This document shows positions 9,034-15,906 of a DNA stretch of 32,000 nt, in pieces. The position numbers and the translations under genes were made by a program. Source of the DNA: Nanobdella aerobiophila (lineage in GTDB: Archaea > Nanobdellota > Nanobdellia > Nanobdellales > Nanobdellaceae); the NCBI RefSeq assembly GCF_023169545.1, contig NZ_AP019769.1:540001-572000 (forward strand), in the 5' to 3' direction. The notes under the pieces are model-generated. The model saw only the letters and a program-made list of their open reading frames with translations, did not search any database and was not told the DNA's origin. Each line of letters opens with the position of its first letter. The first letter of the stretch is position 1.

Positions 9034-9105
9034 GGGCCCGTAGTCTAGCGGTAGGATGTCGGCCTGGCTCGCCGGAGATCCCGGGTTCAAATCCCGGCGG
9101 GTCCA
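9034..9105 (+). tRNA. tRNA-Ala (anticodon GGC)
   Basis: Hand-folded cloverleaf: acceptor GGGCCCG/CGGGUCC with a G3:U70 pair (Ala identity), D arm GUCU-AGCGGUA-GGAU, anticodon arm UCGGC-CUGGCUC-GCCGG, T arm CCGGG-UUCAAAU-CCCGG, discriminator A. No encoded CCA. Position 37 is U, which is unusual. Confidence 0.85.
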
Positions 9106-9121
9106 TAAAGAAAAACTTATA

Positions 9122-9130
9122 ATATATAAA
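9122..9130 (+). promoter_or_regulatory. TATA-like box ATATATAAA upstream of tRNA-Gly
   Basis: Lies at -25 to -17 relative to the mature 5' end (9147). Same 9-mer as upstream of tRNA-Ala. Confidence 0.35.
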
Positions 9131-9146
9131 TTAAAGATATATTTTA

Positions 9147-9217
9147 GCACTCGTCGTCTAGCGGTAGGATGCGGGCCTTCCAAGCCCGCGGCCCGGGTTC
9201 AAATCCCGGCGAGTGCA
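9147..9217 (+). tRNA. tRNA-Gly (anticodon UCC)
   Basis: Cloverleaf: acceptor GCACUCG/CGAGUGC, D arm GUCU-AGCGGUA-GGAU, anticodon arm CGGGC-CUUCCAA-GCCCG, T arm CCGGG-UUCAAAU-CCCGG, discriminator A. No encoded CCA. Confidence 0.9.
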
Positions 9218-9777
9218 CTTTATAAATGATTATCAGATCTTATATACTGAAATAATCTATTTTTACTTGCCATAGTAAGCAATATTATCTAATAAGCTAT
9301 ATATCTATTGTCTTATTTATTATATTACCAAATAAAACATTTATATTGTATCCGTAGAATATTTTATATAAGAAAGAAGTTATTTATAGATAAATAGCTT
9401 AGTATAATCTGGATAGAAACTAAATAATTATATTGATTTCCAAATCTACTTATTATATAATCAATTTTCTTAAATACATATAAATAAGAATTATATTCTG
9501 ATCTAAAAATATATACATTAGGAAAGATTTTTTTAAACATTTATATATAATATTTTTCTAAATTCTAAAGGTATTAGATTATCTTTCTTATTTTTATCAT
9601 TTTATACTATAAATATTATTATTTGATCTACATATTAGATAAATATCTTTTATTCTATAAAGTTATAGATTGGTCAAATCCTCTCTATAAACAATAAAAT
9701 ATATTTACTACTAATTATCAATTATTATTACAAATTTTTATAGAATTTTTTATTAATTCTAAATACTTTATATAAAT

Positions 9778-11076
9778 ATGGATATAATCGTTGGAAGATC
9801 TATTGATGATCTTGAAAAATATAAATATTCTGGATCTATATTTATAGGAAAACAATATATAAAAATGGAAAATGCAACTTCATTATCTAATAATATATAT
9901 CTAGATGTAAATAATCCACATTTAATATTAATTGCCGGTAAGAGAGGACAAGGTAAAAGTTATACACTAGCATCTATATTCGAAAGCTTAGCTACAATGG
10001 AAGAAGATCTATTAAATAATTTCTCAGGCCTCATATTTGATACAATGGGCATATTCTGGACAATGAAATTTCCAAATTATAGAGATGCAGAAGCTTTAGA
10101 AAGGTGGGGTTTAAAACCACAAGCAATAAAAAACTCAAGAATTTTAGTTCCAGAAGGTTTATCGGATAAATATAGAGATATAGATATGCCAATAGATGAT
10201 AGATTCTCTTTAAATCCTTCAGATTTATCTGGTATAGAGTGGGTGCTATCTTTTAATCTAGATCCTTCATCTCAATTATCTTTATATATTCAGAGAATAA
10301 TTAAAAAAATGCAAGAGAATAATAACAGATATACTATAGAAGATATAATTAATTATATAGAAAAATTAAATATTGACAATAGAATAAAAAATAGTATTAT
10401 AACCTACTTTGATTCTGCTAATTCTTGGGGCTTATTTTCAGATAAAGGATATACTACCAAAGATCTTTTGAAACCAGGATATATAAATATTCTAGATATA
10501 TCATTATTTACAGCGATTACAGGAGGATGGTCAATAAAAAATCTCGTAATAGGATTAATTGCAAAAAAAATATTTTATGAAAGACTACTATATAGAAAAA
10601 AAGAAGAATTGGATGAAATATATATTTCAAGAGATATGAATAATAGAGAATTTCCATTAGTATGGCTAGCAATAGATGAGGCACACGAATCTATACCAAA
10701 TGATAGTATAACTCCCGCAACAGAATCATTGATACAGATAATTAGAGAGGGCAGACAACCAGGAATTACATTAGTACTCGCCACCCAACAACCTGGCAAA
10801 ATGCATACAGATGTAATTACACAAAGTGATATTGTAATATCTCATAGAGTTACAGCGGAAAGAGATTTAAATTCTTTAAATGAAATTATGAAAAATTTTT
10901 CCGCCCAGGATATAGACATATATATGAATGAAAATTTACCAAAAAAGAAAGGTGCAGCACTGATATTAGATGACAAATCTGAAAAAATATATGCTATGCA
11001 AATCAAACCTAGAATTTCTTGGCATGGCGGAGCAGATCCTACATTAATAAGAAAAAGATTATGGCTAAATCAATAA
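9778..11076 (+). CDS. HerA/FtsK-clade P-loop ATPase (DUF87-like), no HAS-barrel evident
   Basis: 432 aa. Walker A LILIAGKRGQGKSYTL, Walker B VWLAIDEAHE, and the HerA/FtsK-type LVLATQQPGKMHTDVITQSDIVISHRV segment (ATQRP-like). No NurA-like partner lies nearby. Confidence 0.8.
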   Translation: MDIIVGRSIDDLEKYKYSGSIFIGKQYIKMENATSLSNNIYLDVNNPHLILIAGKRGQGKSYTLASIFESLATMEEDLLNNFSGLIFDTMGIFWTMKFPNYRDAEALERWGLKPQAIKNSRILVPEGLSDKYRDIDMPIDDRFSLNPSDLSGIEWVLSFNLDPSSQLSLYIQRIIKKMQENNNRYTIEDIINYIEKLNIDNRIKNSIITYFDSANSWGLFSDKGYTTKDLLKPGYINILDISLFTAITGGWSIKNLVIGLIAKKIFYERLLYRKKEELDEIYISRDMNNREFPLVWLAIDEAHESIPNDSITPATESLIQIIREGRQPGITLVLATQQPGKMHTDVITQSDIVISHRVTAERDLNSLNEIMKNFSAQDIDIYMNENLPKKKGAALILDDKSEKIYAMQIKPRISWHGGADPTLIRKRLWLNQ

Positions 11077-13139
11077 TAAAGATATTGGAAGGAGCTATAT
11101 CTATAATAATTTTTATATCATTTTTAATATTTTATATACATTTATATTATGCTTATATATATAATAAAATAGAGAACAATCAATTAAACTACGATAATAT
11201 AGAAATTGATAATGTACTAGATAAAATAAGTCAAAATTATTATATATTATCTATAAATAGTATGATACCAGTATCTATGTATTACCAGTGTCAGGCTAAT
11301 TCATCAATATACAATAATTTAATAAATGAAAATGCATATGAAGATTTTTGTACAGCCTTTCCTATATTCTATCCTTTAAATATCTCTTTCTTAACCAATT
11401 ATACGGGTATATTAAACAATACATATGATACTTACCTTGATCCTAACTATGGATTATATTTTTATCTAAATATTAGTAATTTATCTATAGAAAATAATAG
11501 TCAATATATAATATTAAATATTTCAAATCCTTCAAATAATGTATTTAATCAAACAATATTCATAACAAACCCGGATTTATTCTACTGGTTACAAAATAAT
11601 GACAATATAGAACTATATGATATAAATAATAATCAAACCATAAATTTCTGTTACCAAAATGCAGATTTTGTATGCAATATTTCTAATGATCAATCTTTTG
11701 GTATATGGGCTAATATTTATATACCTAATAATAATTACACATTACTAAATATATCAATTACAAACAGCTCTTATAGTTTAGACGGTAGTAATATTTTTCC
11801 TTTCTATGATCATTTTTATTACTTTAATGAAAATCAATTGAGTAAAAACTGGATAATTAATACGCAAATAGAGGTATATTATAATAACCCCGGAGATATA
11901 ATATATCCTAATAATTCAGATAGTTTTACCATATCTTCAAAAAAGTATATAAATCCTGGAAATTACCTCGTTATATTTAATGCTTCATCTTCATCAGAGG
12001 GCAAAATAACTATTGGTAATTGCAATATAAATATACCAAATAATAATAATAATATTTATTTCTACTATTGTAATTTGACAGAAAATTCGAATATAACAAT
12101 CTATAATAATGGAAAATTATATATAGACTATATTATATTAATTAATTACAATAATAAATATACTATAAATAACCTATATGAACCAAATATAACAGAAAGT
12201 TATAACTTTATAATAGGACCAGATATAAATTACAATTCTAATAATAATCTAATATTAAACCAAAATTATATTGCCAATAATTATATATTATACAATAATA
12301 ATAGCAATAGTCTAGGATATATTACAGAAATAATCAACAACTATCCCGAGTACTATAATCCTTTATTTTATTATTTATATACTAATAGTAATTTTCCAAA
12401 TACATATAATATAAATGACTCAGAAGCATTGCTAAGTATATATAATAATTATAATTTATCGATAAATAATGTAATCTTCCCAAATACATATTGGTTTATT
12501 ATAAATACAAAAAAATATTATAACTCTAACAATATGATATATTGGAATACAAATGAAAATAATTTCGGATTTCAATATGGGCATGCAAATTTTTATAATG
12601 AAATATTTTCTTATATTAATTCCTTATTAAATAATTATCTATATTTACCATATGAAAATGGTATAATCTTATATAGTAAAAGCCAAAACTCTACATCTTT
12701 ATTATTTACAAACTATAACCCATACATAAGATATTACCTATATATACAATATAATCTATTTCTAATAAACTACTATTATCTAATGAATTTAAAGTTATTA
12801 AATAATTATTCTTATGAAAATTATTATTTATATTTTTACGATAATCCATATCTAGATATTAATACGGGAGAATATCTATCTTTTTCTACACAGATTCCAA
12901 TAATAGATATAAATTATATAAAACCAATAAAAGCAATAAACTTAAATAATTTGATACAAGAATCGAGTAATTATAATAATATATATTTCTATATTGAAAA
13001 TGATAATATAACGATATATAATGGATATATATATAGCGGTAATATAGTAAACAACTACTTATATTCTAATATATATAATGAGTACATATTTTATAATAAT
13101 ACTTTATATAATGATAAGATTATAATATATATAAAATGA
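11061..13139 (+). CDS. Large N-terminally anchored Asn/Tyr/Ile-rich, sequon-dense surface protein (unknown family)
   Basis: Preferred start is MAKSIIKILEGAISIIIFISFLIFYI (ATG at 11061, 16-nt overlap with the ATPase stop); the track ORF starts at 11019. About 2.1 kb is free of stop codons in extremely AT-rich DNA, where TAA/TAG/TGA should be frequent, which argues for real coding. One N-terminal hydrophobic helix. I count about 25 N-x-S/T sequons and 7 Cys by eye. Confidence 0.6.
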   Translation: MAKSIIKILEGAISIIIFISFLIFYIHLYYAYIYNKIENNQLNYDNIEIDNVLDKISQNYYILSINSMIPVSMYYQCQANSSIYNNLINENAYEDFCTAFPIFYPLNISFLTNYTGILNNTYDTYLDPNYGLYFYLNISNLSIENNSQYIILNISNPSNNVFNQTIFITNPDLFYWLQNNDNIELYDINNNQTINFCYQNADFVCNISNDQSFGIWANIYIPNNNYTLLNISITNSSYSLDGSNIFPFYDHFYYFNENQLSKNWIINTQIEVYYNNPGDIIYPNNSDSFTISSKKYINPGNYLVIFNASSSSEGKITIGNCNINIPNNNNNIYFYYCNLTENSNITIYNNGKLYIDYIILINYNNKYTINNLYEPNITESYNFIIGPDINYNSNNNLILNQNYIANNYILYNNNSNSLGYITEIINNYPEYYNPLFYYLYTNSNFPNTYNINDSEALLSIYNNYNLSINNVIFPNTYWFIINTKKYYNSNNMIYWNTNENNFGFQYGHANFYNEIFSYINSLLNNYLYLPYENGIILYSKSQNSTSLLFTNYNPYIRYYLYIQYNLFLINYYYLMNLKLLNNYSYENYYLYFYDNPYLDINTGEYLSFSTQIPIIDINYIKPIKAINLNNLIQESSNYNNIYFYIENDNITIYNGYIYSGNIVNNYLYSNIYNEYIFYNNTLYNDKIIIYIK

Positions 13140-13456
13140 GATCTTGGATTATATTAGTAGAACTAGCTTTCTCAGTAATTATATTATCATTATTTTTATT
13201 ATATAATTATTATTATAAAAATAATAATAATTATATAATAAACTATCAATATTATAATACAATATATCTAAACAATTCGTGTAATAATAATCAACTAATA
13301 TATGAAATAATAAATATAACAAATAATAATGCAACAATATGTTATTATGGTAATATAGTAAGCTCAGAATATATACATAATCTAGAACCAGTATATGAAA
13401 TTTTATACCCTGGCCAAAATAATTATAATCCTTATATATTAATAATATTTTCATGA
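13136..13456 (+). CDS. Small pilin-like/anchored protein, N-sequon-bearing
   Basis: 106 aa. ATGA overlap with the upstream gene. N-terminus MRSWIILVELAFSVIILSLFLLY (short basic head, Glu, hydrophobic helix). 3 sequons and 2 Cys. Confidence 0.5.
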   Translation: MRSWIILVELAFSVIILSLFLLYNYYYKNNNNYIINYQYYNTIYLNNSCNNNQLIYEIINITNNNATICYYGNIVSSEYIHNLEPVYEILYPGQNNYNPYILIIFS

Positions 13457-13893
13457 GAAATCAATATATATTACTAGCAACTATGTTTATAACAGTTTTA
13501 TTATCTCTTCTAATTATATATAATAATAAGCCTATTAACTATATAAATCCAGAATTAATAGGAAGTAATTTCCAAAAAAGTATATTATATATATATCAAA
13601 ATTATGGATATAATTATATAGGAAACTATACTAACCTATTTGTAAATTATACAAATACCATAAATTATAATTTTTCTTATATATGCATATCTTCATATAA
13701 TCTATCTTTAGAATCATGTAATGGAAATAATATTAATTGCTGCTATTATTTTAGTGGGTATATAAATATAAATTCAACAATATTAAAGTATTGCGATAAT
13801 AATTTCACCCTATATAACCCACCAGATTGGATATGTTTCTGTTATAATGTAAACAATAGTATAGAACAATATTCAAATTTCTTCTGCACTTAA
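13453..13893 (+). CDS. Small Cys-rich, sequon-rich anchored/secreted protein
   Basis: 146 aa. ATGA overlap with the upstream gene. N-terminus MRNQYILLATMFITVLLSLLIIY. 8 Cys and 7 N-x-S/T sequons. Confidence 0.5.
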   Translation: MRNQYILLATMFITVLLSLLIIYNNKPINYINPELIGSNFQKSILYIYQNYGYNYIGNYTNLFVNYTNTINYNFSYICISSYNLSLESCNGNNINCCYYFSGYININSTILKYCDNNFTLYNPPDWICFCYNVNNSIEQYSNFFCT

Positions 13894-14360
13894 CATCTAT
13901 CAATAAAGAATCCATAAACAGTCTTATTTAATAACAAGCAAATATTATTTCCAGATATAGAATATTCATTTCCAGATATATTAAATGGTAAGGTATTAAT
14001 ACTAAAATTATATAAAAAATCATTTATGGAGATATTGGTTACATTTAAATTTATATATGATGGTACATATATTGAATAATTTATATTAGAATAATAAATG
14101 GCATTTATATATCCTGGATATATATTTATTATTAGATTAGAAGGTATCTGCTCTTGAAACTCATATGTACATGAATAGCAAGAGCCAATCTGATATATTT
14201 CATAATTTAAATTTGATAATAAACTAACCGTATATCTTAAGTTTATCTCAGATTGATTATTGGCTATAGATAAATGAACATAGTATAGAACAAATGACAA
14301 TATTGCTATAGCAAAAGAAGTATATATTAAAAATTCTACCCATAAACTTACACCCTTCAT
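13890..14360 (-). CDS. Small type IV pilin-like protein (class III signal-like N-terminus), sequon-rich
   Basis: 156 aa. N-terminus MKG-VSLWVEFLIYTSFAIAILSFVLYY (basic residue, Gly, then a hydrophobic helix with an early Glu). 7 sequons and 4 Cys. Its start overlaps the rps19e stop by 4 nt. Confidence 0.5.
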   Translation of the reverse strand: MKGVSLWVEFLIYTSFAIAILSFVLYYVHLSIANNQSEINLRYTVSLLSNLNYEIYQIGSCYSCTYEFQEQIPSNLIINIYPGYINAIYYSNINYSIYVPSYINLNVTNISINDFLYNFSINTLPFNISGNEYSISGNNICLLLNKTVYGFFIDRC

Positions 14361-14869
14361 AAATTACCTATATATTCTACTAAATTTTTATTATCTTTAG
14401 TTAAATCTTTATATATTTCATTCGCCAATTTATCTAATATACTTTTTCCTTCATTAGTAATTACTCTTCCTTTATTTTTATTATCTAGAATTTTTGTAAC
14501 TAAACCTGCAGATTCTAATTCTTGTAATATTGATCTCACCATCTTTCCATATCCTCTTCTAAACTTACCAGGTTCCATGCCTCTTTTTCTTAATCCACCA
14601 TAATATTTTCTTAATCTAGACACACCAATCGGTCCTTTAATATATAATCTCCTCAATATAGAAGCAGCTCTATAATACCACCATCCAGGCTCATTGTTAT
14701 ACTCCTCAGCAGGTATATCTGGATTTCTCTCTCTATCAGGACCTGTCTTTACAAAATTTGCCCAATATGGTGGTTTTATCTTATCTCTATAATTTTCGAA
14801 TAAATATTTTGCTAATCTTTTATTGAATATATTTCCAGGTATATCAAGCACATTTACCATATATTGCAA
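14357..14869 (-). CDS. rps19e: 30S ribosomal protein S19e (eS19)
   Basis: WYYRAASILRRLYIKGPIGVSRLRKYYGG and the C-terminal LESAGLV pattern are typical of eS19. The likely start is the internal MVNVLDIP (14860). Confidence 0.9.
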   Translation of the reverse strand: MQYMVNVLDIPGNIFNKRLAKYLFENYRDKIKPPYWANFVKTGPDRERNPDIPAEEYNNEPGWWYYRAASILRRLYIKGPIGVSRLRKYYGGLRKRGMEPGKFRRGYGKMVRSILQELESAGLVTKILDNKNKGRVITNEGKSILDKLANEIYKDLTKDNKNLVEYIGNL

Positions 14870-14902
14870 TATTTATAAAACATTTTTAAAATATAATATT
14901 TA

Positions 14903-15118
14903 ATGAGTCATACTCAAATTCTAAAATCTACTGGAAGATTTGGAGCAAGATATGGAAAAAGTATAAGAGAAGCTCTCCTAGATATAGAAAAAAATTATAG
15001 AAATAAAAGAAATAAGTGTCCATATTGTAATTATTATTCTGTAAAAAGAGTAGCTTATGGAATATGGTCTTGTAAACACTGCGGCAAAGTATTTACAGGT
15101 AAAGCATATTCAATATGA
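14903..15118 (+). CDS. rpl37ae: 50S ribosomal protein L37Ae (eL43)
   Basis: TGRFGARYGKSIRE plus a CPYC...CKHCG zinc ribbon. 71 aa. Confidence 0.9.
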   Translation: MSHTQILKSTGRFGARYGKSIREALLDIEKNYRNKRNKCPYCNYYSVKRVAYGIWSCKHCGKVFTGKAYSI

Positions 15119-15255
15119 CCTACTATATGTGTATAAACTGTAAGAGGACTATAGACCATGAATCTGCGTTAAAGAGGGTTAAGTGTCCATATTGTGGGTC
15201 TAAGATTTTAGTTAAGACAAGACCAAATACTGTAAAAAAAGTTAAAGCTATATGA
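15115..15255 (+). CDS. rpoP: DNA-directed RNA polymerase subunit P (Rpo12)
   Basis: Not in the ORF track (46 aa). Manual translation: MTYYMCINCKRTIDHESALKRVKCPYCGSKILVKTRPNTVKKVKAI. It has the CxxC...CxxC zinc ribbon and KxR tail of RpoP. ATGA overlap with rpl37ae, matching the conserved L37Ae-RpoP gene order. Confidence 0.75.
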   Translation: MTYYMCINCKRTIDHESALKRVKCPYCGSKILVKTRPNTVKKVKAI

Positions 15256-15452
15256 AAATAATATTAACAGGTTTAGACAAGGATTTCATAGAATCTGCTA
15301 AGTTTTTAAAGAATTCTGAAAATATTATGATCGAAAATGATGAAATTATAATAAACTCAGAGTCTATATCCGTTGGTAGAGCTAAAATTAATTTATTATA
15401 TAGACTACTAAGAATATATGATAATTTTAACAGATTCTTGTCCAATTTGTAA
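15252..15452 (+). CDS. Hypothetical small protein
   Basis: 66 aa. ATGA overlap with the rpoP stop suggests coupling. No motif recognised. An equally long antisense ORF exists. Confidence 0.3.
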   Translation: MKIILTGLDKDFIESAKFLKNSENIMIENDEIIINSESISVGRAKINLLYRLLRIYDNFNRFLSNL

Positions 15453-15906
15453 TTCTAAAAATATAGATATAAATAATATAGAGTATGATCTTCCCAAGAT
15501 AGGTAAATCTATATTATATGTATTCAAGTGTAATGATTGTAATTATAAGAGTTCTGAAATAATCCCACTAACTGAAAAAGATCCTGTAAGAATAGAGATA
15601 AAAGTGGATAATAAAGATAAATTTAAGAAAATAATACTAAGATCCCCATATGCAATAATTAATTTGAAAGAAATTGAAATGGATATATATCCTGGAATAG
15701 ATTCAAAATTTGAAATAAAGGCTGTAGACGATTTTATAAATAGTGTAAAAGATAAGTTGGAAGAAATAAAGATATTATATCATGGAGAAGAATATAATAA
15801 AGTTATAGAAAAGATAAAATATTTAGAAGAGGTCTTGGAAAATAAAAAAGAATTAACAATAATAATAGATGACGAGAAAGGCTATTCTACTATATATAAT
15901 TACTGA
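15418..15906 (+). CDS. ZPR1-type zinc-finger protein
   Basis: 162 aa. CPICNS...(~30 aa)...FKCNDCNYKSSEI zinc ribbon, followed by a beta-rich module (VRIEIKV...ILRSPYAIINLKEIEMDIYPG), as in the archaeal ZPR1 (COG1779) family. Confidence 0.6.
   Translation: MIILTDSCPICNSKNIDINNIEYDLPKIGKSILYVFKCNDCNYKSSEIIPLTEKDPVRIEIKVDNKDKFKKIILRSPYAIINLKEIEMDIYPGIDSKFEIKAVDDFINSVKDKLEEIKILYHGEEYNKVIEKIKYLEEVLENKKELTIIIDDEKGYSTIYNY

Noticed and set aside
9004-9183. N-terminal 60 codons of ORF 8374..9183 (MEGPHPTARRRVLKY...)
   Set aside because: This part reads antisense through both tRNA genes. The Pro/Arg/Gly-rich peptide is the mirror of GC-rich tRNA sequence, so the CDS was trimmed to the MMESIT start at 9003.
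9218-9777. Replication origin in the long AT-rich spacer
   Set aside because: No adjacent orc1/cdc6 gene is present, and I could not pick out ORB-like inverted repeats. AT-richness alone is uninformative in this genome.
11019-11060. Upstream extension of the large NYI-rich ORF (MAWRSRSYINKKKI...)
   Set aside because: The extension overlaps 58 nt of the ATPase gene and adds a non-hydrophobic peptide before the obvious basic-head-plus-helix start MAKSIIKILEG. The ATG at 11061 is preferred, but this is not proven.
10575-13454. Antisense ORFs 10575..10799(-) and 13179..13454(-)
   Set aside because: They are nested opposite the ATPase and the 106-aa gene. No independent support exists, and the + strand genes are linked by start/stop overlaps.
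11061-13893. Possibility that the NYI-rich ORFs are non-coding low-complexity AT-rich DNA
   Set aside because: Stop codons are all A/T-rich, so long open frames are very unlikely by chance in such DNA. Yet three consecutive frames stay open and are joined by ATGA overlaps. N-terminal helices and sequon/Cys patterns are also non-random.
9147-14360. Integrated mobile element bounded by a tRNA-Gly att site
   Set aside because: No integrase or transposase ORF is present. No GC-rich copy of the tRNA 3' end is visible downstream, and one would stand out in this AT-rich DNA. This is kept only as an alternative hypothesis in the main finding.
15248-15445. 65-aa minus-strand ORF
   Set aside because: It is the mirror of the 15252..15452 + ORF, which at least has an ATGA junction with rpoP. 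Neither has a motif, and the + ORF is listed only at low confidence.
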